A program made the translations under genes and the position numbers. DNA of 64,000 nt from Laetmonice hystrix (Eukaryota), in assembly GCA_965235115.1 (NCBI GenBank), contig OZ249436.1:55430001-55494000 (forward strand), in the 5' to 3' direction. Positions 37,320-51,100 of this stretch are shown here, piece by piece. The notes below the pieces were generated by a model that searched no databases, was not told the DNA's origin, and saw only the letters and a list, made by a program, of their open reading frames with translations. Position 1 is the stretch's first letter, and every line of letters begins with the position of its first letter.

Positions 37320-38377
37320 GGGGCAGACCATTTAATAGCGGGGGGGAGGGTATGGTTTTTCCTTCTGACCAAACTTTTTTTTTTGCTTCCAACAAAAAAC
37401 AAACAATTTTTTTTTATCCCTATTCAAAAGCAAACAATTTTTTTTCCGAGGTGGCAGAGACAAACTTTTTTTTCCAGGACATAATTCTGCAGCAACCATT
37501 GTGTTATCCCGTAAATTTCTGTTCCACAGACATAGGCGCCGGAAGATATTCACAGGTGGGCGGGGGGGGGCACCAAATCATAGGTCCCAAGTTCCAAGTT
37601 TTGAAATGCTGGTGATAAGAACGTCGAAGGCGCGAAGTCTCGAGCGGGGGTCTGGGGGCCCTCCCCCGAAAAAAATTTGAAAATTAAAGTGTCAAATACA
37701 CGTTTTCCTGGCATCTGGGAACAAAATCTAGGCCCTCTGTCGACGGTCTGACCATCTCCTGCCACCTGGGAGCTGGGGGGAGGGGAACTATATGCTTGCC
37801 CCCCAGCTTTTGAGCTGGGGGTGGGGGGGGGGGGTGGGGGGGGGGGCAACAGGCCGGTTTCTACATATAACATCTCTACCACAGCCTTAGGAATATATGA
37901 TTGTACTGTATTCAGCTTTGAACCATGCAGTACTTTTATAATAGACTATGAAACAAATTGGAAGTTCTAATTGTCTTCACAGATTTGTGGGCTTTCAAAT
38001 ATCTTGTAGTGCAAGCGAATGTCTACATGAAACAATTGATCAAGTTATACATACTAGTATTCAATTGCATGTCATATTGTTCAGACTGATATGTTTTACT
38101 CAGTATTGTATAGAGTATGCCTAAATAAAACTGCTGACCGAGCGGAGCGAGGAAAATTTTTGGTCTTCTTTTAATTTTTTAGCAGTTTCGGGCAGATTTT
38201 TTTTTTATAAATCTGCTTCCTGTCAACAATCTATTTTTTTTCACACACATTGCTAAACAAACTATTTTTTTCACACACATTTGAGAGCAAACTATTTTTT
38301 TGGGTAAACTTGGCAAACAAACTTTTTTTTTACGAAAAAACCATACCCCCCCCCCCAGCTATTAAATGGTCTGCCCC
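37320..38377. mobile_element. PIF/Harbinger-type MITE with TAA TSD
   Basis: TIR GGGGCAGACCATTTAATAGC / GCTATTAAATGGTCTGCCCC flanked by TAA on both sides. Confidence 0.82.
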
Positions 38378-39156
38378 TAACGGCCACCCTAACTTTGGCA
38401 CGAGATATTTTGGAGTGAAATCCATATAATGAAACAAATCAATTGCCCAATTAAATTTATCTTTATTCTCTATCAACTTTTAATTAGCCAGACAATTCAA
38501 GCCACGCATAAACCCCTTAATACAGAAAAGGAAAATTTGGGGGTGGTGAGCCATTATGACTGGGTTGGGTATAACGACCCCCCAGTGGGGGCATAATGGG
38601 CCCCACCCAGAAATTATGCTAACATCTAAAACAAAACAAGTAACATAGTCTTGGTAACCTTTTCAGTCATAAATTGTCTGGTTTAATCCCTGCCAGAAAA
38701 AGAAAAAAGGAAAAACATATACATATATACAAGACTGTTTCTGAATAATGAAATGTAGAGGCCTAGAGTATACACATGTATGGCCACTATGGTTTTTTTT
38801 TCTTCAATTAACAAAAAGCTATGCGAAACGTGATCAAATACAGCGCTGTCAATTAACCAATTAATGCCTATTACATTGGGGGGGGGGGGGGGGGTCGGGG
38901 GTGTTACAAAACCTTACAGGGGGTGAATGTGTTGGAAATTGAATAAAATAGCTATAGGCCTATAGTTTAAACTATCTAGTCTGAGTCAAAGACATTGACT
39001 TGTAGGCTCTGCGCTAACATAGGGAGCGTTCTATTAAGTAAGTCATGTTACTTAAAATCAACAATACTGTACACTGTACCTACCATAGATCAGAGGGCTC
39101 TATATTATATATTTTGCTGTCACTGTCGTGTGCGTCGCTTCTCAAAGACGTGCCAC

Positions 39157-39333
39157 ACTGTCAGACATACCGTATCACCTGATCAAACTGTCAGACATAC
39201 CGTATCACCTGATCAAACTGTCAGACATACCGTATCACCTGATCAAACTGTCAGACATACCGTATCACCTGATCAAACTCTCAGACATACCGTATCACCT
39301 GATCAAACTGTCAGACATACCGTATCACCTGAT
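39157..39333. repeat. 30-nt minisatellite, ~6 copies
   Basis: (actgtcagacataccgtatcacctgatcaa)n. Confidence 0.93.
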
Positions 39334-39838
39334 TAATAATCTTCAGCGTTTACCGGCAGATGGCAGCAGCTCTTAGCGAGAAATATTATGGGGGTGACCG
39401 TTATACCCGAGTGGACCATCATACCTCACCTTCCCCACTGTATTTGGATGATTGTAATAGCGTTATGTGGGAGAAGACGTTAACGTTAACGATGTACGGT
39501 GATTAATGTGAACTTGTAACTTCATTTTTCTTTCTGCAAAATCGTAAAATAGTCTTCACAGTTCTAGCGGGTCCCTGTCTCACTCCACACCTATAGAGTG
39601 CCAGACATTGCCATAAACTAACAGGAAAGGGAACGGCTATTCAATATCACTTGATCAAATAATTAGAACACCGTTTTATAGTAGCCCTATTTCTTTCTTA
39701 TTTCTTTATTTCTAAAACGGGGAGGGACGGTGTGAAGGAGGTAAAGCCGGCTAACCCGGTCCCTGGGACAGTCCCAGAGTAGGCCTATACAAGAGGGACA
39801 ACTGGCAAGGGGGGAATCAACAGGGTCGATTCAGGAAA

Positions 39839-41361
39839 CTGTTAGGCAAAATACTTGAAAGAATTGTTAGTAAGCGATTAAGCAAATTTCTCGAACTAAA
39901 TGAAATTTTGTCTGAAAAACAACATGGTTTCCGTACAGGAAAATCGACCTTAAGCGCTATTACAGCATTACTTGACAATATCTATAACAATTTGAACAAC
40001 TCTCAGTCAACGTATGTGATTTATTTAGATCTTAAAAAAGCCTTTGACTCTGTTTCACATACCACACTATTAAGCAAGCTAACTGAGATAGGCTTACCAG
40101 AGAAATTGAGAAATTGGTTTAGCAGCTATCTAGCAAATCGGTATCAAAGGGTTATACTTGATGGGAATGTATCTTCATTCAGAGATATCGAATACGGAGT
40201 ACCACAAGGCTCCGTATTAGGGCCAATTTTGTTCTCAATTTACATAAACAATCTACCTCATATTATTAAGGATGGTCTACATATGTTTGCCGATGACACA
40301 GTCTTATTTGGTACGGATCCTGTAGTATTGCAGGAAAACCTAACAGCTACTTATGACTGGTGTTGTAGGAATACTTTAACTCTAAATACGAAAAAGACCC
40401 AGTGGATGGTCTTTGGCTCGGGCAATGTTAACAATACAGCCAGTTTCAACATCGGCGGTGAGATGCTTGAACGAGTTGATTGTTATAAATACTTGGGGCT
40501 CTATGTCGATAATAGACTAACCTTTCATGATCATCGGACTAAGTTAATAAACCAGTTGAATTTGAAGTTAAATTACTTTGCCAAGATAAGGAAATTTTTA
40601 ACTGTCAATGCAGCACTCAATATATATAAAGCCACGATGCTGCCTTTATTGGACTATGCTGATTTGGTGTATGAGCAGAATATCAAATATGCTAATAAAC
40701 AAGTACAGAAGATACAAAACAGAGCCCTGAGATTAATCTACAATCAACACTTGATTCCTTATGATCAAAGATTATCAACGAAAGCACTTCATGAAAATGC
40801 CAAAATATGTAGACTGGAGTGCCGCCGAGAAAAACATTTGTTAACTCATGCATATGATCTTGCTTCTAAACCAGATAACCTTGATCTTAGGCAAATACCA
40901 ACAAGATCACGTGAAGGTAAACGTCTCCGTCTACCTAAGATTAAGAATACAAGATATTATAGAAGTATATACTACAGAGCTGCTGAATCGTGGAATAGAT
41001 TAACTCCTTCAATGACATTAGTCAATAGGAAATGCAAATTTAAACGGCTGTTGGATGATCTATTAAACAATACATATACAGAGAATGGTTAACACCGTGT
41101 TACGTGAGTGGTATATAGCTTCGATGTACAAATACAAATATACAGTTTGTATCCGCAGAATAATTATATGGAGTTTGAAATTTTACCATCTCATTCCATC
41201 ATTATTTCATTTTCAACAATGATCTTGGATTCCAGCGAAGGTAGCCGTATTCTCTATGTATTATCTGTAGTGTGATTTAGTGGGAGGGGGTGGAAGACCA
41301 GTCATTGACTGAACCCCAATTCCCAAAATAAAAATTATCAAAAAAAAAAGAAAAAAAAAAA
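39839..41361 (+). mobile_element. 5'-truncated non-LTR retrotransposon (CR1/L2-group LINE): RT ORF, 3' UTR and poly(A) tail
   Basis: Uninterrupted frame LLGKILER..QHGFR..YLDLKKAFDSV..GVPQGSVLGPILFSIYIN..FADD..YKYLG to the stop at 41092; 3' stem-loop cagtca-t-tgactg; A-tail 41340-41361; no endonuclease domain. Confidence 0.92.
39908..41092 (+). CDS. LINE reverse transcriptase fragment (394 aa ORF)
   Basis: RT motifs as in the LINE feature above; TTG start of a truncated copy. Confidence 0.8.
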   Translation: MSEKQHGFRTGKSTLSAITALLDNIYNNLNNSQSTYVIYLDLKKAFDSVSHTTLLSKLTEIGLPEKLRNWFSSYLANRYQRVILDGNVSSFRDIEYGVPQGSVLGPILFSIYINNLPHIIKDGLHMFADDTVLFGTDPVVLQENLTATYDWCCRNTLTLNTKKTQWMVFGSGNVNNTASFNIGGEMLERVDCYKYLGLYVDNRLTFHDHRTKLINQLNLKLNYFAKIRKFLTVNAALNIYKATMLPLLDYADLVYEQNIKYANKQVQKIQNRALRLIYNQHLIPYDQRLSTKALHENAKICRLECRREKHLLTHAYDLASKPDNLDLRQIPTRSREGKRLRLPKIKNTRYYRSIYYRAAESWNRLTPSMTLVNRKCKFKRLLDDLLNNTYTENG

Positions 41362-44300
41362 GACTATACCGGGAGGCCACGAAGGCTGGGAGGGGGTTAA
41401 CCTTGTCGTCAACTACCACTCTGTGTCCATTCACCAGGTGGCGACTTGTGTTTAGCCAATAGGTGGCGTGTGGCCAAGAGTGCGTAAATGTGACTGTTTC
41501 ACTGCTCTACCGCTAGGGGCGAGAGCCCCCTGGCGGAGTGAGCCGTGCAACAGTCTACGTACATTGTACTCGATACGGCAGCGCCCTCTGCCGTAAATTG
41601 ACTCCCGCACGGGGGCGCTTCATGTTCACGTTTTCCTCTCGCCTCAGTGGTCTCGTCATGATGGGACGCAATCCGACCTGTATTGGAGTTTGCATCTTCC
41701 CCGAATTCCGGATTATGTTTCTGACCAAGGCATAGAGGATTAATTTGATGACATCTAAAGATATGCTTATATCCCTATATAACCGAGAGCCTCTCTTTTA
41801 GCGGCCTGCAAATAAATGAATGAAGTGAATATTTCCTCATCTGTTTTGTATTCAAAGTTAGGATATTTAGGCCTATAATAAAAATTTATACTCTTTAAAA
41901 CGTATTGCAACAGTGCATTAATTTTGTTGCAATACAATAAAAAGTGATTTTCAGTTTCGTATTATTAAAAAACGGGTGGAATGTCCCCAAATAATTATCT
42001 TCCAGTTTAGAAGTGGCCTACATCGTTCCTCTGTTTACTCGCATTTTGCATCGTGTCCTGCGTTCATTATTAGGCAGTCTGTTCTTCAAAGGATCCACAT
42101 CAAATTCGTTTTACCTATCGATGTTTGTCCAAGAAGAAGGAAAATCGCCTTAGTTGACATGGGCCTATAGTGTGGTTTACGTCTTAAATCCGCAGAATAC
42201 GGATCATCATGGAACTTGCATCTGTTGTAGTCTGTGGCCTCTTTCATTTTCTATTCCCATCAGTTGTCCTTTTTTATCATTGTATTCTGGCCTGCTATAA
42301 CGTGCCTGTTAGAAACATCGGTATGTCCCTGTTTATAGCAGCTCTTCTCTCTTGTCATAATTGTGCAGGCTTTCTCTTACTTCATTTTGTTTTTTGACTC
42401 TTGTATTTATTTTCTTATCACTTGACACTGCCGAATTAGTTGTCGCTGAAAAAGAACATGGTAGAAAAACGTGTACTTTGACGATAGCTATTGGCCTATC
42501 AGTGACAAATGAGTGACCAAAGTTTTTAAAGTCATGCAGAAAAACAATGCAGCCGTGATCAGAAAAACAAACAACCTATGTTTGGACCTTGCACATGTGC
42601 AATCAAGAAATGACATGTGTTGGAATGTCCGCTATTCCATCAACGCTATGTTTATACAGATACGTTAATTGGTGTTGATGGTTCTAAGTGAAAATGAGAG
42701 TGCAATGCAGAAGCCGGGGAATAAATCTTCCAATTATCCTCCCCCTACAACTCATTTACTTCTGACAGGAAAACACGGCTAACACTTTTTGTAACTTTGT
42801 GCGGAATTTGGCTTCAGTTGTCAGGGTTGGCGGAAAGAAAGAAAAGAGGGGGGGGGGGTTGACTCTGTCACAAAACAATTCATGAAGAAAGCGGCCTCCA
42901 CCTCAAGATACAGGCATACAGGTCTATGAGTTCTTTCTCAATGTGCCTCTGCTCAGATCCACGACTTCGCAGGCCTACATACCAAAATACATATTGTCAA
43001 ACTAATTTAGAGTACAGGTCCTAAGTAGAGTGGGACCGTGGCATGCAGATAAAGGTAGGGAATTAATGGCGCTAGTTGGTGGGTCATAGGCAGTATGACC
43101 AGTAATTACCTCTCAGAGGGAGACATATAGGGCCTAAGGCTAACTGCTTGCTTAATACTGTACATCGGAACAAGGGGACAAGGGGCAACCTCCCTCCCAA
43201 ATCTCCAGTTGTAGAGGGGGGGGGGGGGGTTCGGCCCTCCCCTTCTAGTGTATTCGGTTTATTCTAAAAGAACCTATAATTTCAAAGATTTCGGCCTGCC
43301 TCCCCTATAGAATATCGGGTCAGCTAGGGTGCCTTCCCCTGTCCAACCCTGAATATCATCCGGATAGAATGATAGAATGATAGAAATGTCAGAGATTGAC
43401 CATGTCCCAGCCATCTAGTGCCCTTCCGCCGCTGTTAGATATGTAGAGAGCTCTCGATGACAGAACTTACTGTGGGGCCCGGGTGGTGTACCCGTCTCAT
43501 CTGTTTTTGATTTGATCAACACGTGTTTTGAATGATGAAAGGCACAGGACTGGGTTAATCATCAGCACGGTCTTTTGTCAGCCCACATAGATTTCACGAT
43601 GCATCAGCTGTTCTCACTGATTCATAGCAAAGAAATGAACCCGATCTCGGCTTCCAAATCACGTGACGTAGGACTTTGCCACGACGCGCACTTTTGGGAT
43701 TCAGTCCACTCGTACGCCTCCAGCCCAGAAGAAACGGCCAATTCGAGGTTTTGAAGCCATAATTGTTCGCCGTTTTTAACCATATGAAATATTCTAATGT
43801 TAAAGGTCAGACGTGTAAGACCTTTTAAAGTGGCACCATTTTTCGACTGACTTTGCGTTTTTCTTATATTATGATACCGTAAAGAGGTCCGAAATAAATA
43901 TTCCTAACCTGAAAATAGCGTTGATCAAGCCACAGGCAGCCCCCAAAGTGCAATTTCGGTGTACACCGAAATTCAGTAATTAAAATAAACCGCACGTAAC
44001 TTCGAAAATAAAACACTTCCTTGTCACCAATAGCAACCTATTGACATATATGTAAAGATACACTGTTGCTGCAGTACTGCAGTATGATGATCTTTGTTAA
44101 CTAGTATTCGGGCCGAAGTTATAACATGATAACAGCAGTACTGTTTGAATTTGCCTCCTCTCTCCGAAAGTGGCGCTGCAAATGACGTCGAACAATCCAA
44201 TAATAGTTCCAGGGAATCCCATGCTAACTTTCCGTATCTCTCCACCATATTTGAACATACCTTGCTTTGCAAATATGCCTCCGAGGAAACGGGCTTTTAA

Positions 44301-46521
44301 GCGACGAAAATCGATGTATTCAGAATCAGCTAAAAAGCTGAAAAGGATAGCGGAAGTAGATCATCTGCGGTTATCCAAAATGGCGAAGCGGTCCGCAGAT
44401 ACAGCGTTCGATCGCAACGGAGTCGATCAGCTGAGCGTTCTCACATTAGCCTACATATATATGTGGTTGGTCTCACTTCAATTTATTTGAGTTTTGCATG
44501 TGGTACTAAGCTGATTTTACAGGTTTTAAAAACGATGGAGCTTTAAGTATTGTATAGAGGGGGCGTGGCCCCAAATGACCCCATTGAAAGTTATGCCATT
44601 TCTCGGCCAAGACAACGGTTTTCGCCCAAATTTGTTATGTTTTGCATTTAACTATAGAATGCATCACAACAGATTCAGAAGTGCAATTCTTCCAATTGTG
44701 CCCCTTTACATGTCAGTTTGGACGACTGACGTCAACATCGTTCTATAGCCATTTTCAGGGTTACTCACCAGAAATATCAGAGCTATCAGTTCCTCAGTGA
44801 TTTATACTTTTCGGCTGCACCCCATTCATATAGGGCCAGTCCAGAACGGAGGTGCTGCACAAGTCGTTCTCGCTGGATTGGACCAACCGCACATTCCAGT
44901 GGTTGCAATGAAGAGCGTTAGAAAGAATTTAATCGACCTAATAGAGACTTTCCTGTTCTTTTCCCCCTGACATGGGACCACCTAGAGTCGCCGCCCCCCT
45001 TACAGGCCTCGTCACGTTCACACACCGAACATGGTGAAAGTCAGCACCGACCCGATGTGTCATTGGAATCGGTTTACGTGGTAGTTAGTTGACATGCACC
45101 CCCATCCAACAACCATAACACTTCCGAGGTTTATTTAATCAAAATTACGGTTGATCAGAGTTCAGCAGAGGCCCTCTGAACATGGGGATTTTGTGAATGA
45201 CTGGGGGGGGGCGCAGTTTGATTATTCCTTGCGGTTAACCCCTTTTGCGATACATGCCGAGTGATGCAAACATCATTGTGTGATTGTGGTAGGCCTATCC
45301 CCCAGGCCTAAATTTAAAAAATCTCCTCACAAGGAACAAACCGTGGTTTCTCAATCATACGACTAGAGACGCCCAAAACTGCAAGCTTGCAGTTAGTCAT
45401 AATGTATTTCTTTAGAATTGTTACAAGGATGGTTTTACAAAGAGTTCCAGAGGCACAGTCCCCGAGTCGTTTCGATGACATTTTTTTACTGAGATACGTT
45501 TGTTTTAGTAAGCGGCTGTGACCGAATGTTCTGGGGGTGATTGTTTGGGTTATCATACACCCCTCGTCACAGCGCTAACACATTCATCATGTCCCATGAG
45601 GACTGAGTTAAAGAGTCTGTATCTAACCGAATGTATCGACGACTGACCTACCCTGCTGCCTGCACACAATCACCACACTCATGTAAACTCCATTCATTTT
45701 GCTGCTTTTCAAGAATTTCCCGAAATAGCGGGGTCGATTCAGACGTGTCAAAATGGCGGAGCGTTGAAATGGAAGAAAACTTCAGAAAACGTAATACGGA
45801 TAATACGTAATTTCTCAAATTTGGAAATTTGCTAAATGTAGAGGTTAATGAAAAGTTCGGGCTTAGCTCATGCGTGCAACACGAGTGTGGAGACCACATA
45901 TTTCCAAGCCCACAGATAATGTGTCACATACTTATTTTCCCCCACGTGACTGTAGGCCTACCATGCACTCTAAGTGAAATACTAGCCGAACCTGTTGTGA
46001 GCTGTGTCGGGGGGGGGGGGGGGGGTGAGGCCGGGGGTTTCACTTTGATGTACCCCAACCGTCTTAGAAACCACTTAAACTTGATCAGGATCTCACATTA
46101 AGACTGACGCATATTGTGCACTTCCCCAACTAACACCATGTAGCCGTAGCATGAGCACGAACAACAAGAAACGAACAACCTCCGGTTAATGTCAGGCCCG
46201 CTGTACGAAAAGGGGGTGATTTCTTATTGATTTATTATCATGCAACTATTTCAAGATGGAGGTCCATTGTTTACATAATTATTTAGGATGGGATTACATC
46301 GGGTTGACGATGATTAAGAATCTCAACTGAATAAATCCCATTCCATCTCAAAAAAGATATTTCTTCCCGACGTGTGCCAATAGGGAGCACGTGTAAAAGT
46401 CCTCCATATACGACTGAACGGTAAGGTCTGCGGCGGAGAGCCTAAAAACACGGTGAAATAATTGTGGCCGGGGGTAGGGGGCGAGAGGGTATAGGACTTT
46501 GCACTTGGTCGAACGGGACCC

Positions 46522-46709
46522 TATATAAAGGAACAGTCATTTCGACGTACTCCGTCATTGCTGTGAATGCCATTCAGAAATTCACAGAAGTTGAAAAAGA
46601 GAGCGAAGATATCGCAGGATATCACGTCGATGTGATAACGACTCGCCTCAAGCGTTGTTGTGATAGCACCAGTCGCCAAGCTCATGACACCATACGAAGG
46701 TCAGTAAGT
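46522..46709 (+). promoter_or_regulatory. Candidate core promoter and non-coding first exon of the PTP gene
   Basis: TATATAAAG at 46522-46530; Inr-like TCATTG at 46555-46560 about 30 nt downstream; G-rich box just upstream; GTAAGT donor at 46704 that could splice to the acceptor at 48002. Confidence 0.4.
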
Positions 46710-46949
46710 GGATTACGTTTGAGGGAGCTCGACGGGAGCTTGCAGTTGTGTTTGGAGTAGAGGAAGGTGGAATTAGACGACCCACGAGGTACTCAATGAC
46801 TGGAAAACTACCAGAACACGGAACTGACTTTGTCATCCAAGTGACAAAACTGTCATAAACTACAGCCAACGAGAACCAGTCTTGCGTATACATCGATTAT
46901 CGTCTTAATCAGAATAAAAGAAAGGTTAGTAACAACACCTGGTAATGAT

Positions 46950-47613
46950 GTAGGATAGAGAAGAGTAAGGATATAGGATAGGGAAAGGATATAGAAAAGA
47001 GAACTTGTAATGAGAAGGGGTAAGGATATAAGATATAGCAGTTGTAATGAGAAGGGGTAAGGATAGAAGATATAGAAGTTGTAATGAGAAGGGGTAAGGA
47101 TATAAGATATAGAAGTTTAGAAGTTGTAAGGAGAAGGGGTAAGAATATAAGAGAAGTTGTAATGAGAAGGGGTAAGGATATAAGATCTATAGAAGTTGTA
47201 ATGAGAAGGGGTAAGGATATAAGATCTATAGAAGTTGTATTGAGAAGGGGTAAGGATATAAGATATAGAAGTTGTAATAAGAAGGGGTAAAGATATAAGA
47301 TATAGAAGTTGTAATGAGGAGGATAGAAAAGTTGTAATGATATAGGATACAGAAGGAGGAAGGACATAGAATAGAGAAGTTGTCATGATGTAGGATAGGG
47401 AAGGAATAAAGATATATGATAGAGAAGTTGTAATGTTGTAGGGGGGAGGATCATTCAGGCGGGACACGGGGGGATAAATAAATGTCCGAATTGTACACCA
47501 TAAATACGTCCACGTGGATACGGCAAAATATCGTGTAAGGTAGTTAGGTTGGGTGTGTGTAGTGTGTGTGTCTGTGAGAGGGAGAGAGAGAGAGAGAGAG
47601 AGAGTGAGAGAGA

Positions 47614-47671
<58 letters not shown>

Positions 47672-47683
47672 GAGAGAGGAGAG
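46950..47683. repeat. Degenerate purine-rich repeat followed by (GA)n microsatellite
   Basis: agaagttgtaatgagaaggggtaaggatataagat units 46950-47440; (GA)n 47575-47683. Confidence 0.85.
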
Positions 47684-48107
47684 ATCCAATTAGTGTGGTC
47701 GAATATACATCAAAGATACAAGACCTTATCTTTATTCGAGCAGTGTTTTCCATCGGGTAGGCCTACTCTTCATAAATAATATCGAAATACCCACATGTAT
47801 CACGAAGAGCTGGATCCAGTCCAGTTATGATGACAGAGGCTGTCGACATATCCCTCGGGCGTTTAATGTTTCTAGTCACCGTGCCACTCTTGAAACAACA
47901 CAGACGGCAATCCGCCCTACTTGTTTCATGGATTTATAGTGAAGACATTTCATCCTTTGGTCGTCTCGTTGGCTGTCGCCCACTTGGTTTTGTTGTTTTC
48001 AGGCAGCCATGCCACCCCTGCTTGCCTCCACCACGACGTTCCGGCCGGTTGTCGATGGTCACCCCACGCCGCCCCTAGCTGCTCTCCCTACAACTCCGGA
48101 CTGTATC

Positions 48108-48180
48108 ATGAGGGCCGCCGGGTGCACTACGCCTGCGCGACAAGCGCTTGCTCCAATCATCTTCTTCGTGACTTACTACG
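48108..48180 (+). CDS. PTP gene first coding exon (signal peptide)
   Basis: MRAAGCTTPARQALAPIIFFVTYY|gtaagg; phase 1 joins ALGPG of the next exon; upstream acceptor ttttcag at 48002. Confidence 0.7.
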
Positions 48181-51100
48181 GTAAGGTAACTTGTAGGCTT
48201 AGATATTAACAAACACATTTTGAGTTGACTGTTTTAGATTAAATTCAATTTCAGTTGAACAGAATTGGGGGGGGGGGGGGTTAACTAAGATTGGAAGGCA
48301 TTTCCCAGAGGTATGTTGGATGATCCAAAGAGGGTGTTGTCACGAAGAGGCTTAGGTTTTGTTATGGCTTGAGGTAGAAGTTAGATCTGTTGTGACAAGA
48401 GAGTAAACCAAAAGAAACCTCTGACTGCCGTCGATTCTTGGGCCTACTGGTTTTCTTTTGCGGAAGGAACTGTAGAATAGATAAGAACTCGTCGGCTCAT
48501 CTGGCTGCTGCTCATCTGATTTTAAACCAGTAAGAACATAGGATGTTTACCTGAGCCAGAATGAAATTAATTTGAAGTTTTATTTAGCCCTAGGGCCAGG
48601 ACTACGACCCGGTGGTAGCGGTGTCTCGGCAACAAAGATGGCCAGACCTGGTGGCGATCCTCATAACGCATTGGAACACTTCGAGGGGGGTCCTTTGACG
48701 ACATCAGCCTCGTTTTCACCAATTACGTTACCAGGAAGTCAGGACATTTTAGACTTCCGCCCCGACCATGTCGAGTCAAGTACAGCGCCGCCGCACCTAG
48801 GGGGCGCTGTAGGTGACCCAGCGTCTGTGTCCGATCACGTGGTGCAAAAAACGCTGGTCGACGCTGGCCAAACAGACACTGGGGTGTCGGTGACACAAAC
48901 AAGATATTCGATACGTGTACAGATGACATCTGCTGAGAGACAGGATAGTTTTGTACTGCCTACAGATATTGTCGCCTCGCATGTACAAGATGACATTGCT
49001 TCGACACGGATTAGGGACTTGCAGCCGGAATTCGAGCCGTTCGCCGGCGGACCGGTCTTCTATCCGTCATGGGCGTCGTATACGACTCGCACGCCGACGA
49101 CGGAGCATTCGGATGGTACAGCATATCTCACACATTCCACAGCAACCCCCGAGTTGCAACACACCTTAGGGTCTGATACTTTTCCGCCGAGCCCAGTTTC
49201 GATCAGTATACTTCCTTCCAGTCGCGATCAGACTGAACCCGGCGGTGTAACTCGGTCAGAGACAGACGAAAGTCAACAAACGGGTGCGCCTTCCATTCCG
49301 TTCTTTTCACAAGAGGTCATTATGACCAGTGTCGGGCCTGTTCAATCGGTCGTAACGGATCTACCAGACGTAAACGACATGACGTCATCGCTTAGCGCGT
49401 CCTTTGAACCGGTTGAGACCGGTATCATTGGAAGCACACCTGTAGCTGAACACCCAGGAGGAGACAAATCTAGAATTGGACAGGAAGCCCCGTATCCGTC
49501 GAGTTTACATACATTGGAGAGTTCTCAACACGCCTCAGAAGATCTAACTTCTACTCAAACTATAGTATATGACAGCAATGTTCATGATGTCCCTGAATCA
49601 AGCGCTTTATTCACTCATCAGCGAGGTACGACCGAACAACCTCTTCAAAGAAATAGGTCAGATGTGATGTCTGAACACCCGAATCCGCCCGGAAGCAGTT
49701 CACAGTTAGGGCTGACGGAAGAAAGACCAACGCTCTCGACCTATGATAGTGACGTGTATACCATCAAGCCAAGCTCACAACCTTTAAATGATGGATTTTT
49801 CCAATCTTCCACCGCAGTTCCTGAAACAACTGCTGTACATGTTCCCCACGCGGGGATACTCCCCACACAGGTCGTTAGTTCTGTCGTTGACGCGGTGTTA
49901 GAACCGAAGTTGTCGCACCATATAAATCCGTCTGCCATGCACCCAAACTTCCCTGAGTCCATCATGCCGTCCATGTCCCAACCCGACGAGGGGGTTCTAC
50001 TAACCATGTGGCCGGGATGGATGTCAGGCACCCCTGAAACTACGACAATGGCGACTCCCATACTGCCAACAAGTGACCAGTCCATTCTTACCGTCCCTTC
50101 CACATCATTGTCTGTCTCCTCAGCTCTACACCCGTCCGTACTCGCACCTGTCAGTTCAACACGACACCACTCAAACATTGTCAGTTCGGTCAGCATCACG
50201 CCAAGTCCGACCCTAGGACATTATGAGTCGGCAGGTACCGAGAAAATGATTGACAGCATGGCCACACCCCGCCTGACCACGCCCCCGGTCCTGGAAACCC
50301 CAGAGAAGGCTGCCACCCCGACACCTAGCCGGGACAAGGAGGGGAAGGGACGCACGGGTAACACTAAACCGGGCAAGGGAGGGGGGTTGTCGACGGCCGC
50401 CAAGTACACGCCTTCACCGCTGCCTCCCTGGTCCAAATCGTACACCAAGTGGTCCAAGGTGTACCCAGTGTGGACGGTGGAGTCGGTCCCAGCCAGGACT
50501 GACACAACGGTTCGTCAATCCTTATCAATCGTTAATTACCTAGAGCGACTGTCCGGGACTTGCGATTACAACCGTCAATACCACAATAGCCCGATTTAAT
50601 GAGGTTAACAGCTTACTTGTATGTGTGTATATCTGCTATTTATAGATTTGTATATTTATCAGGCCATCACCATGCCAACTACAATAAGGCCTCTCCTGAA
50701 GCCACCAGAGTTGCACATTAGGATAGCGTTACGTATGGCGTGGACAGATTTCTGCTTGCAAAAACGCTCGTTCAGGAAGTTGCTCACCACAATACTGGAC
50801 AAGAAAGTGAACCAAAGTCGCGCGAGAAAATACTACGTAAGGAAATGTTAGATCAATTATCATTAACTTTACATGTCTTTGTATTCAAGTACATTAAGTA
50901 GGTCAATAACTAGCCTTGTGCAACAGCAAACCAAAAATACGAATAGGCATAAATAAATAAATAAATAAATAAAAATAAATAAATAAATAGAACAACTAAG
51001 AAAATAACAAATGAACAAAGAAGAAAACATTTTGAAAAAGCATGTACGCAAATCACATCTAAGACGTTACCAAAGGTTCAGCAACATTTTTGTGGAGCCA

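Larger units (their letters stand above)
37302..39436. mobile_element. Outer TIR element (Tc1/pogo-like termini) interrupted by nested MITEs
   Basis: GGGAAGGTGGGGTATAA|CGGCC (split by the insertion) versus GGACCATCATACCTCACCTTCCCC. Confidence 0.6.

Noticed and set aside
43800..44490. Basic ORF segment MPPRKRAFKRRK.. after TTAA-AGG, a possible DNA transposon remnant
   Set aside because: No matching second terminus or transposase motif found.
46909..47779. Leu/Ser- and Glu/Arg-rich ORFs
   Set aside because: Low-complexity and (GA)n repeats.
48572..50599. 675-aa ORF as a stand-alone gene
   Set aside because: TTG start with flanking splice sites; better explained as an internal exon of the PTP gene.
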